Assembly: GCA_041662745.1 (NCBI GenBank)
Contig: JBAZRV010000003.1
Coordinates: 60,001 to 92,000 of the forward strand
DNA length: 32,000 nt
Source of the DNA: Patescibacteria group bacterium
GTDB taxonomy: Bacteria; Patescibacteriota; Patescibacteriia; 2-01-FULL-39-33
Reading direction: 5' to 3'
How positions within the stretch are numbered: position 1 is the first letter of the stretch; the number at the start of each line of letters is the position of its first letter. The position numbers and the translations under genes are program-made. A model generated the notes under the pieces. The model did no database searches, was not told the origin of the DNA, and worked only from the letters and a program-made list of their open reading frames with translations. Shown one piece after another: positions 16,966-25,282 of this stretch.

Positions 16966-17694
16966 TTATTTTTTTATTTTTTCTTTCAGCGCCAGCCAGC
17001 CGAATACGGCTGTCGCTTGCCAGATTCTCTTCCGTCTCTTGGGTTCTTTGATTAGGCGGAAAAGCCATTCAAAGCCGATGGCTCTAAGCCATTCGGGCGC
17101 GCGTTTGATTTTGTCAGCCAGATAATCAAGGGTTCCGCCAACGCCTATCGCCACTTTGACGCCGGGCATTCCGGCTAGGTTTTCGGCGATCCATTGTTCT
17201 TGCTTGACCTGGCCAAAAGCGACTAATAAAATATTAGCGCCGGAAGCGTTAATCCTCTCAATTATCGCTTCGTTGTTTTCTAATCGTTTGCCGTCAGAAT
17301 TTATCTTACCGCCGTCTTCCGCGCCGACAATTCCGGTGAACACAAATTTTGTTCGCACTGCTTCAGCTATGCCGGGCGCCCCGCCCAACAGATAAATCTT
17401 AGCCATTGGCAAGGCGCCTTCTAATAATTTTCGGCTTAAGTCCGCTCCGGTAACTCGTAACAGTCTGCGGCCATAAAGCAAACGCGCCGCTAAAACCAGA
17501 CCGAAACCGTCGCAAGTGTTAAGGGCGGTCCGGTTGAGCAAGTTCTTAAAAGCTTGATTTTTTTGCGCAGCCACGGCAAATTCCGGATTGATCGTAGCAA
17601 TCTGATATTGTCCTTCAGTGGCCAGCCATTCCCTTATTTGCGTTAAAACTCGGCTCTGATCAAGTTCATTTATTTTTATTCCTAAGATCTGCAT
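16966..17694 (-). CDS. WecG/TagA/CpsF family glycosyltransferase
   Basis: 242 aa. TINPEFAVAAQKN, CDGFGLVLAARL, LLVAFGQVKQEQWI and FEWLFRLIKEPKRRKR are characteristic of the family. Confidence 0.9.
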   Translation of the reverse strand: MQILGIKINELDQSRVLTQIREWLATEGQYQIATINPEFAVAAQKNQAFKNLLNRTALNTCDGFGLVLAARLLYGRRLLRVTGADLSRKLLEGALPMAKIYLLGGAPGIAEAVRTKFVFTGIVGAEDGGKINSDGKRLENNEAIIERINASGANILLVAFGQVKQEQWIAENLAGMPGVKVAIGVGGTLDYLADKIKRAPEWLRAIGFEWLFRLIKEPKRRKRIWQATAVFGWLALKEKIKK

Positions 17695-17698
17695 TTAT

Positions 17699-18445
17699 TT
17701 ATTGCCGGTTTAAGTAATCAACGGTCATTTTTATCACGCTGGAGCCGTCGGTGGAAAAGCTGTCGGTTAAGGACATGGCGCCGTCAATGCCGTTTTTGAA
17801 AAAGCTCAAGTCTATTTCCGTTGATTGGATTAATTCTTCAACCGTAAAACCCTTTGTCTCTAATTGTTTTTTATAATACTCGTATAAATCTTCTTTGGTT
17901 TTGTTGATATTGTTCCAAGACAGGGAGACGGTTTTGATTTCTTTCCTTCCATCGCCGGCAGTTGTTTTAATGTCTTTGACCGTAGGATTCTCCGAGATGT
18001 TTTCCGGTGTTTTGTTTTGGGCGATTATTTGGGTTTTTAGGTCGGGGTATAAGCGGTCGGCGATTATTTGTACGGCCCAGTCAGGCAAGGCCGCTGACAA
18101 TTGCTCAATCTTTTTTTTGCTTTCCGGCGATAAAACCTTGATGCTGGCTTGGTTGAGTTGGTAAATGATTAAATCTTTGGGGAAGTCTTCGGGCAGTTCC
18201 TCCACGGTTTTAATAATCGGGCCGGAAATATAAACGGTTAAAAAAATAGCGCAAGCCAAGACGGCTACGATCATTAAAAAGAAACAGCTGAAAAATTTCA
18301 AACAGGAATGATGTCCGGGTGGCCGGTGGCGGCTGTAATGCCGCGGTTCTTCCGGCTCCACCTCTATTCCCCTGTTTTCCGCTTCGGCTAAAACGTCTTT
18401 GGCCGCTTCAATCTCATCCAACGTGATGTTTTTGTCGCTTTCCAT
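17699..18445 (-). CDS. Hypothetical single-pass membrane protein
   Basis: 248 aa. Acidic N-terminus, one TM (FFSCFFLMIVAVLACAIFLTVYI), then an extracytoplasmic domain. It lies 4 nt upstream of the TagA-like gene, probably in the same operon with gltX. Confidence 0.7.
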   Translation of the reverse strand: MESDKNITLDEIEAAKDVLAEAENRGIEVEPEEPRHYSRHRPPGHHSCLKFFSCFFLMIVAVLACAIFLTVYISGPIIKTVEELPEDFPKDLIIYQLNQASIKVLSPESKKKIEQLSAALPDWAVQIIADRLYPDLKTQIIAQNKTPENISENPTVKDIKTTAGDGRKEIKTVSLSWNNINKTKEDLYEYYKKQLETKGFTVEELIQSTEIDLSFFKNGIDGAMSLTDSFSTDGSSVIKMTVDYLNRQ

Positions 18446-18554
18446 GTGTATAGGATAACAAAAATGGCTGATTTTTGCAATTAAGTTTTATTTGTTGTGC
18501 GGCTTATCGGTTTGTGGTATAATATTTATGAAAGATAAATAACCATCATTAACA

Positions 18555-19973
18555 ATGAAGTTGAAAAAACTCTTTATTTTTGCATTCTGTTTTGTCTTTA
18601 CCGCTTTAATCGCCGTTAACGCTCGGGCGGCGGATTTTACCGCCGATTATTTGATTTCCGACGTTGAAATGAATGACTATAGCGCTATGGATTTAAGCGA
18701 CATTCAGCGTTTTTTGGAAAAACGCGACGGCACTTTGGAGACTTATATTACCTTTGACAAGGAAGGCAATCCTAAGACGGCGGTTCAGACATTTTTTGAA
18801 ACTTCTCGTAATTGGCAGATCAATCCTAAATATCTGTTGGTTTTGGTGCAAAAAGAACAAAGCCTATTGGATGACCCCAATCCCTCGCAGAAACAATATG
18901 ACTGGGCGACCGGTTACGGGGTTTGCGATAGTTGCTCTATGGACGATCCTAATATTCAGCGTTTCAGGGGGTTCTATCGCCAAGTCAATTCCGCTGCCGC
19001 TCAGACGCGATATTACATGGACAACATTAAGGAATTTTCTTTTCAGCCGGGCAAAACCTATAACATTGACGGCCAGACCGTTACGATGAAAAACACAGCC
19101 ACTGCCGGCTTGTTCAACTATACCCCGCATATCCATGGAAATCAGCTGTTCTGGAATTTATGGAATAAATATTTTGGCAAATCTTGGCCGGACGGCAGTT
19201 TGTTGCAAGTTGAAGATGGCGGTCAGATATACTACATTGAAAACGGAGTTAAGCGTTTAATCGCCTCTAAGGCCGTGTTCGCTTCGCGTTTCAATAATAA
19301 TAGCATCCTGACGGTTAGTCAAAGCGATTTAGATACTTATGATGATGGCGCGCCGATTAAATATTTGAATTTTTCCATTTTGCAGAGCACGACTACCGGC
19401 GAGATGTATATGATCATTAATGATGTTAAACGTCGCATTGTCAGTGACGCTGTTTTTAAGAAATTAGGCTTTAGCGATGATGATTTGGCAAAGGTTATTG
19501 ATTCTGAGTTACAATTATATAAGGCTGGCCCGGATATTACCGAATATACTGTTTATCCGACCGGTATTTTGTTGCAGGACAGTAAAGCCAAAATCGCCGA
19601 CGCCGGCATATATTATGTCATCAGCGGTGAAAAAAAACCCGTATTAACCAAAGAAATAATGGCGGCTAATTTCCCCGGCATGACCGTCAAGAAAGTTCCT
19701 AGCGTAGAATTGGACAAGTATATGCCCGGCTCTAATGTAACTTTGCCCGACGGTTTATTGGTCAAGATAAATCCTAAAGCTCTAAAAGTCAAAACCAAGG
19801 AAGCGCTCGCCGCCGCCAGTACGGTCTATGTTATTTCTCATGGCAAGCGTTTGCCTATCATTTCTGGCGCAGTATTCAAACAAATGGGGTATAGCAGCAA
19901 GAACATCAAGATCATTTCCGAAGCCACTCTTAATGCCCATGATTTAGGCCCCTTCATTACCGGGCAACAGTAA
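18555..19973 (+). CDS. Hypothetical secreted protein
   Basis: 472 aa. Signal peptide MKLKKLFIFAFCFVFTALIAVNARA. An extended -10 tggtataat lies at 18515-18523. The function of the conserved-looking N-terminal block (INPKYLLVLVQKEQSLL...WATGYG) is not recognised. Confidence 0.8.
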   Translation: MKLKKLFIFAFCFVFTALIAVNARAADFTADYLISDVEMNDYSAMDLSDIQRFLEKRDGTLETYITFDKEGNPKTAVQTFFETSRNWQINPKYLLVLVQKEQSLLDDPNPSQKQYDWATGYGVCDSCSMDDPNIQRFRGFYRQVNSAAAQTRYYMDNIKEFSFQPGKTYNIDGQTVTMKNTATAGLFNYTPHIHGNQLFWNLWNKYFGKSWPDGSLLQVEDGGQIYYIENGVKRLIASKAVFASRFNNNSILTVSQSDLDTYDDGAPIKYLNFSILQSTTTGEMYMIINDVKRRIVSDAVFKKLGFSDDDLAKVIDSELQLYKAGPDITEYTVYPTGILLQDSKAKIADAGIYYVISGEKKPVLTKEIMAANFPGMTVKKVPSVELDKYMPGSNVTLPDGLLVKINPKALKVKTKEALAAASTVYVISHGKRLPIISGAVFKQMGYSSKNIKIISEATLNAHDLGPFITGQQ

Positions 19974-19983
19974 TCATAAATAT

Positions 19984-20775
19984 ATGTCACTCGTATTTGC
20001 AGCCATTACGCCACATCCGCCGATTTTAATACCGGCTATCGGCAAGGACAATATCAAACAAATTGAGAAAACAAAATCGGCCATGGAAAAGCTGGAAGAA
20101 GAGCTGTATTCGGCTAAACCTGATATTGTCATGATTATTTCGCCTCACGGCGAGATGAGCGCCGATTCTTTTACGGTAAACTTAAGCAACGATTATGAAG
20201 TTAATTTTGAGTCATTCGGAGATTTTACCACTAAATTGCAATTCAAGGGTGAGACCGTTTTAATGACTATGGGCAAAGAAAAGATTGCCGCTAAATCGCC
20301 TTTGAATATTATTTCTGAATCAGCGCTTGATCATGGAGCGGGCGTTCCCTTATTTTATCTGATGCGGCATCTGCCGCAGGTGCCGATTATTCCCTTATCG
20401 TTTTCTATGCTGGATAATCAGGCGCATGTGGAGTTCGGCAAGGGTCTGAAAGAGCTTATCTTAAATACCGATAAACGCGTGGCTGTTATTGCTTCTGGCG
20501 ATTTATCTCATTGTTTGACTAAAAACGCTCCCGTGCCCTATAACCCGGCCGGTAATGATTTTGATCAGACGCTAATTGAGTTGGTTAAGAAATGCGATAC
20601 GCAAGGCATCACTAACATTGATCATAAGTTAGTCAGTGATGCGGCGGAATGCGGTCTGCGTTCTATCTTGATATTATCCGGCATTATCAGCGATATGAAG
20701 TGTCAGCCGGAGGTTTTGAGTTATGAGGGTCCGTTCGGCGTGGGCTATCTGGTAGCCGAAGTAAAATTTGATTAG
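19984..20775 (+). CDS. LigB-type (class III extradiol dioxygenase subunit B-like / Memo superfamily) protein
   Basis: 263 aa. ITPHPPILIP, ISPHGE, LDHGAGVPLFYL and ASGDLSHCL match the metal-ligand blocks of the LigB/YgiD family. Confidence 0.8.
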   Translation: MSLVFAAITPHPPILIPAIGKDNIKQIEKTKSAMEKLEEELYSAKPDIVMIISPHGEMSADSFTVNLSNDYEVNFESFGDFTTKLQFKGETVLMTMGKEKIAAKSPLNIISESALDHGAGVPLFYLMRHLPQVPIIPLSFSMLDNQAHVEFGKGLKELILNTDKRVAVIASGDLSHCLTKNAPVPYNPAGNDFDQTLIELVKKCDTQGITNIDHKLVSDAAECGLRSILILSGIISDMKCQPEVLSYEGPFGVGYLVAEVKFD

Positions 20776-20790
20776 GATTATTATAAAATT

Positions 20791-20822
20791 ACCTCGGCCG
20801 CATAGCCGAGGTGATTTTTTTA
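20791..20822. terminator. Bidirectional terminator
   Basis: Stem acctcggc (20791-20798) / gccgaggt (20805-20812), 6-nt loop, then a T-run. It is flanked by an A/T run on the other side for the convergent minus-strand ORF. Confidence 0.8.
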
Positions 20823-21095
20823 TTTTTTTATACTGTTGGGATTATCTATCAGTTTGAAAAAATACCGCCATTTTGCTCCGCTGTGGCATAATTCCTTGGT
20901 TTCATTGAGCGCTCGTTCCACCAATTCTTTGGGGTTATCGCGGCAAACCTTAAAAACCGAACTTTTTTTGAAAGCCGGTACGCCTAATTCTTGAATGATT
21001 TGTAAAGCCAAGTCTTGCCACTGATAAGCAGGAGCTTTTCTAAATTGTCTTTTCTGCAACAGCAAACCGATTTTTTGGGGCTGAGTCTTGAACAT
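20820..21095 (-). CDS. Hypothetical small basic protein
   Basis: 91-aa ORF with no SD. tgataaaat (an extended -10) ends 6 nt before the ATG, so the transcript may be leaderless. Confidence 0.5.
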   Translation of the reverse strand: MFKTQPQKIGLLLQKRQFRKAPAYQWQDLALQIIQELGVPAFKKSSVFKVCRDNPKELVERALNETKELCHSGAKWRYFFKLIDNPNSIKK

Positions 21096-21180
21096 AATGT
21101 TATTTTATCAGGGATAGTTGAGTTAGTAAAGTTTGATTTTTTTCTTGAAATATGTTATAATTTTTTTATAACTTAAAATA

Positions 21181-21642
21181 ATGTTAAAAATACTGACTAT
21201 ACCGCATCCGCTATTAAGGAAAAAAGCCCTGGCGATTAAGAATCCTTTAGATAAAGAAATACAGAAGCTTATTCCGCAGATGGTGGAGACGATGCTGGAA
21301 AAAGACGGAGTGGGCTTGGCTGCGCCCCAGACAGGCCAAGGCATCAGATTGATAACCGTTCGCCATAAGGACGGTAATTTAGTCATGCTTAATCCCCAGA
21401 TTGTTAAAAAGTCGTTGATTAAAGAATGGGATGAAGAGGGTTGTTTGTCGGTGCCTAATATTTACGGCGATGTCAGGCGTTGCAAGAAGATCACAGTTAA
21501 GTTTATTGACAGCACCGGCAAGCCCAGGAAGTTGACCGGCGAAGGATTATTGGCTCGCGTCGTTCAGCACGAAGTTGATCATTTAGACGGCGTATTATTT
21601 ATTGATAAGGCTAAAAATTTAAGAAAATTGGAAACAGCTTAA
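21181..21642 (+). CDS. def: Peptide deformylase
   Basis: 153 aa with the three Def motifs: GVGLAAPQ, EGCLSVP and QHEVDHLDG. Confidence 0.96.
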   Translation: MLKILTIPHPLLRKKALAIKNPLDKEIQKLIPQMVETMLEKDGVGLAAPQTGQGIRLITVRHKDGNLVMLNPQIVKKSLIKEWDEEGCLSVPNIYGDVRRCKKITVKFIDSTGKPRKLTGEGLLARVVQHEVDHLDGVLFIDKAKNLRKLETA

Positions 21643-21646
21643 TAAA

Positions 21647-22591
21647 ATGAAACCGCTTAAGATAATTTTTGCCGGCACGCCGGAATTCGCCGTTCCTTAT
21701 TTGCGCGGCCTGTTGGCTGATGCGGATTTTGAAGTCATCGGCGTTATCACTCAGCCGGATCGGCCCAGCGGGCGCAAACAAGAGCTCACTCCCCCGCCGG
21801 TTAAGGTTTTGGCAACGGAAAATAATCTAAAGATTTGGCAGCCGGAAAAATTAAAAGGCAACGAAGAATTATTGCAGGAGTTGAAAGCTTTGGAATTTGA
21901 TTATTTGGTGGTTACCGCCTACGGTCTGATTATCCCCGCTGAATTTTTAGCTTTGGCTAAGAATGGCAATATTAACGTTCATCCCTCGCTTTTGCCTAAA
22001 TATCGCGGCGCCTCCCCGATTCAAAGCGCCATACTTAGCGGTGAGCAAGAAACCGGAATAAGCATCATGCTAATGGATGAGAAAATGGATCACGGGCCGA
22101 TTTTGGCGCAAAAGAAAGTCGCTTTGACCGGCGAGGAAACCAATGAATCCTTGCATTTTCAACTGGCTGAATTCGGCGTGCCTTTATTGGTTAAGACGAT
22201 TAAGGGTTTTTTTGCCGGAGAAATAAAGCCGCAAGAACAAGACCACGGGTCGGCGACATTTTGCACTACAATTGATAAGGAGCAGGCGCGGATTGATTGG
22301 ATTAGACCGGCTGAAGAAATAAAAAGAAAAATCCATGCTTTTTATTCTTGGCCGATAGCTTGGACTACTTTAGACGGTTTACGGCTCAAAATTTTACCGC
22401 CGGCGGAAGCGGTTGATTCGGATGATGCGTCTGAACCGGGGAAAATAATCATCACCCCGGACGCTGTAACAGTTAAGTGCGGCGAAGGAGGCATAAAGTT
22501 GAACCAGTTGCAATTAGAAGGGAAAAAAACTATATCAGCGTCGGATTTTGTCCGAGGCTATAAGGATTTGGCTGGTAGGGTGTTGAAATAA
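21647..22591 (+). CDS. fmt: Methionyl-tRNA formyltransferase
   Basis: 314 aa. IIFAGTPEFAVP, NVHPSLLPKYRGASPIQ and a C-terminal Fmt domain. It is adjacent to def. Confidence 0.96.
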   Translation: MKPLKIIFAGTPEFAVPYLRGLLADADFEVIGVITQPDRPSGRKQELTPPPVKVLATENNLKIWQPEKLKGNEELLQELKALEFDYLVVTAYGLIIPAEFLALAKNGNINVHPSLLPKYRGASPIQSAILSGEQETGISIMLMDEKMDHGPILAQKKVALTGEETNESLHFQLAEFGVPLLVKTIKGFFAGEIKPQEQDHGSATFCTTIDKEQARIDWIRPAEEIKRKIHAFYSWPIAWTTLDGLRLKILPPAEAVDSDDASEPGKIIITPDAVTVKCGEGGIKLNQLQLEGKKTISASDFVRGYKDLAGRVLK

Positions 22592-22604
22592 TTTTGACGA
22601 TATT

Positions 22605-22648
22605 AAAATAAGATGCCGCAAACCCATCTGTTTACGGTATCTTATTTT
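22605..22648. terminator. Bidirectional terminator between fmt and the convergent Wzy-like gene
   Basis: Arms aaaataagatgccg (22605-22618) / cggtatcttatttt (22635-22648) with one G-U pair. An inner aaac/gttt extension is present. Confidence 0.7.
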
Positions 22649-22651
22649 GTT

Positions 22652-23983
22652 TTAATTTTTGGCAATAATCGTCTCAGTGTTGATTTTAGTTAATTTGCGC
22701 CTCTTTTTTGTTATCAGATAAATACATAGCAGAGCAATCAGATCCATAAACAGCTCCTCCCGCTGGAAGTAGTTAGTATAAATAGACATGATACAGACAA
22801 AGGAAAAATAAGCGAATAACATGCTAGTCAGAGGGTTGGGCCGTCGCTGGGCAAAAGCGTAGATTGTTCCCAGCAGCGCTCCCCAACCGATGCCGGCCAG
22901 CGCAATCCCCCACCAGCCGAAGTCTAGGAAATATACAAATAAGAAGGTGGCGGTGATCCACCAGGGCAGAAATATCGCCGACCAATCAACTGGAGCGTGG
23001 AATTGCGGCAGATGGAAAATTTTTAAAGCCGAATTAAAAACCGCTAATTCGGCTTGGCCGAGATAATGTTGTTCCGTGTGCAATTCCACTCCTCTGTCCA
23101 GTGCTTGCAGATTGAACGCCGGTATCAGATAAATCGGCGTTAAAAATTGCAGGTAGGGCGGCAAATTAACTTGAGAAATGGTTGTTAAATAAGAAAATGG
23201 GTTATACTCGCCTTGGTAATTGTAATCGCGATAAGTGATAAATTGCCGAAAGGCCGGTATGGCGATGGAGACGCTTAAAATGGCTGTCAGGGCTAAAAGG
23301 GTGCTAACTATCAATCTTTTTAATTTAATGGTTTGCGAGTTTATTATAAGATAACCAAAGTAGCATAATAACACGGTAATTACGATAATCAGGCGTGAAG
23401 CGTATAAAGACAGAATGATAAAACCAATAACTATTACCAGCCAATAAAAAAATTTTTTTGCCCGGGTTAAATTTTGTTTGTCTAGAACCAATTCCAAAAA
23501 GGCCAGCGGAATGAATAAGCGCGGTAAAAGCGATAGCCATTCAAAAATACCGAAAATCTCCTTATTGATAATAAAGCGCATTTTATCGGGAATGGAGGAC
23601 AGAATGGGCAGGGTGCCGAATCGGCTGAAGATATAAAGATTAGCCGCAATACTGGCTAAGGCCATTAGGCCGATTAAAATAGCCATCAGACGGTTGTTTA
23701 TTTTGGGCCTTTTTTCTGTAACTGCCAGCTTTTTAGCGGTTAAACGTTTAACAAGATAATACGTTATGATAAAGGGCGGGAAGAATAACCCCAATATCAG
23801 CCACAAACGCCAGCTTAAAGGCCGTTCCAGCGGGCTTAGGCGCAATTGGCTGACAGCCAGAGCAGCCGACCACAGCGAGGCGAGAAGCAGGGCCGGAGAA
23901 AATTTTTCTTGGCCCAAAAAATAAAACCAGCCGAGGGCGGCTGCGGCTAGGAAAAAAATAAAAAATAAAAACCAAGTCAGCAT
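22652..23983 (-). CDS. Polytopic membrane protein, Wzy-like oligosaccharide repeat-unit polymerase / O-antigen-ligase-like
   Basis: 443 aa with 10 or more predicted TM helices, directly downstream of a GT2 gene. The call rests on architecture and context only. Confidence 0.45.
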   Translation of the reverse strand: MLTWFLFFIFFLAAAALGWFYFLGQEKFSPALLLASLWSAALAVSQLRLSPLERPLSWRLWLILGLFFPPFIITYYLVKRLTAKKLAVTEKRPKINNRLMAILIGLMALASIAANLYIFSRFGTLPILSSIPDKMRFIINKEIFGIFEWLSLLPRLFIPLAFLELVLDKQNLTRAKKFFYWLVIVIGFIILSLYASRLIIVITVLLCYFGYLIINSQTIKLKRLIVSTLLALTAILSVSIAIPAFRQFITYRDYNYQGEYNPFSYLTTISQVNLPPYLQFLTPIYLIPAFNLQALDRGVELHTEQHYLGQAELAVFNSALKIFHLPQFHAPVDWSAIFLPWWITATFLFVYFLDFGWWGIALAGIGWGALLGTIYAFAQRRPNPLTSMLFAYFSFVCIMSIYTNYFQREELFMDLIALLCIYLITKKRRKLTKINTETIIAKN

Positions 23984-23994
23984 AAGAAATTAGT

Positions 23995-24768
23995 TTAAGC
24001 CTTTTTTAGGAAGTACAACAAGGCTGATTTGAAAAATCGCCATTGGTTGGTTACGACTTTTTGCTGGCCGAAACTTTTTCCGCCGTGGTGGATGATTTTT
24101 GTTTCCGGCGTATAGATTATTTTGTAGCCGGCTCGGCTGACGCGGCGGCAGAAATCAACCTCCTCAAACCAAACGAAGAATCTTTCATCCAATAATCCGA
24201 CTTTATCTAAAACCGGACGCGGGATAAGCATAAAAGCGCCCATTACTTGCTCTACCTCCTGTTCTTTAGCATAATCAAGGTCCTCAGCCAGATAGCGGCT
24301 GATTGATTTTAAATGAGGCAGAAGCTTAGGCAGTTTTAGAAGCATTAAGATTACGGGCCACCGGGTCGGCAATCGCCTGACCGAGGGCTGCAGCCGGCCG
24401 TCGGGATAAATCATTTGTACGCCCAGAATGCCGCAAGCGGAGTGGCGTTTGACGGCTGCCACTGACTTGCTTAGGGTGTCCGGGAATATCTCGGTATCCG
24501 GATTGAGCAGTAGGATATATTCCCCAGTTGCTTGCTTGATGGCCAGGTTGTTGGCTTTGGCAAAGCCCAGATTCTTATCACTGGCAATTAACCGTGATTG
24601 AGGAAACTTTTTTTTAATCAGCTCGGCCGTGCCGTCACCGGAAGCGTTATCTACGACAAAAAGTTCCATCGTTAAATTGCCTTGATTCCGATAGATTGAA
24701 TCAAGGCATTTTTCTAATAAATCCTTAACTTTGTAGGATACGATGATAATGGAGAGCTGCGTTTTCAT
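23995..24768 (-). CDS. Family 2 glycosyltransferase
   Basis: SIIIVSYKV, VVDNASGDGT, NLGFAKANN and LLNPDT. The ATG at 24768 (MKTQLSIIIV) is preferred, because the longer ORF (to 24864) would run through the rplU terminator and overlap rplU. Confidence 0.9.
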   Translation of the reverse strand: MKTQLSIIIVSYKVKDLLEKCLDSIYRNQGNLTMELFVVDNASGDGTAELIKKKFPQSRLIASDKNLGFAKANNLAIKQATGEYILLLNPDTEIFPDTLSKSVAAVKRHSACGILGVQMIYPDGRLQPSVRRLPTRWPVILMLLKLPKLLPHLKSISRYLAEDLDYAKEQEVEQVMGAFMLIPRPVLDKVGLLDERFFVWFEEVDFCRRVSRAGYKIIYTPETKIIHHGGKSFGQQKVVTNQWRFFKSALLYFLKKA

Positions 24769-24804
24769 AACTATTACAATTATATCATGCTCCGGCATAA
24801 GAGC

Positions 24805-24839
24805 AAACAAAACGCCGCCCTCTTTGCGGGAGAGCGGCG
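24805..24839 (-). terminator. Rho-independent terminator after rplU
   Basis: Plus-strand arms cgccgccctc (24813-24822) / gagagcggcg (24830-24839) with one mismatch. The A-run at 24805-24812 gives the U-run on the minus strand. Confidence 0.7.
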
Positions 24840-24850
24840 AGAAGAAAAAA

Positions 24851-25156
24851 TTAAATTTTTTCAATCATGATTTCGGTGAAACATTGGCGATGGCCGAATT
24901 TCTTGCGGTATCTGGTTTTTCTCTTGTACTTAATGCCGGTAACCTTGTCAGCGCGGCCTTGGCCCAGGATTTTAGCCATAACTTTAGCGGCTAAGGTCGG
25001 TTCGCCCATCTCAACTTTTTCGCCATCGGCGACAAGCAGGGTTTCCAGTTCAATCTTGGATCCGTCGGCCTCCGCTAATTTTTCCACCTTAATTTTATCG
25101 TTTTCTTTAACCAGGTATTGTTTTCCACCGGTCTTAATAACAGCAATTTTTACCAT
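24851..25156 (-). CDS. rplU: 50S ribosomal protein L21
   Basis: 101 aa. MVKIAVIKTGGKQYLVKENDKIKVEKL is the canonical L21 N-terminus. Confidence 0.95.
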   Translation of the reverse strand: MVKIAVIKTGGKQYLVKENDKIKVEKLAEADGSKIELETLLVADGEKVEMGEPTLAAKVMAKILGQGRADKVTGIKYKRKTRYRKKFGHRQCFTEIMIEKI

Positions 25157-25184
25157 ATTTGTTTGTTTTGATATTTACTTAACT

Positions 25185-25213
25185 ATTTTAGCTCAATTGG
25201 CGTCTTTTGTCAA
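25185..25213 (-). promoter_or_regulatory. Sigma70-type promoter for rplU
   Basis: On the minus strand: ttgaca (25213-25208), 17-nt spacer, taaaat (25190-25185). Confidence 0.6.
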
Positions 25214-25231
25214 GGTGGTTGGCGGGAAGAT

Positions 25232-25272
25232 AAAAAAAGAGCGTTTTTTGTCCGAATTGGAGCAAAAAACGC
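25232..25272 (-). terminator. Rho-independent terminator after the radical SAM gene
   Basis: 10-bp stem gcgttttttg (25241-25250) / caaaaaacgc (25263-25272). The A7 run at 25232-25238 gives the U-run on the minus strand. Confidence 0.8.
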
Positions 25273-25282
25273 CCAAAATGTG

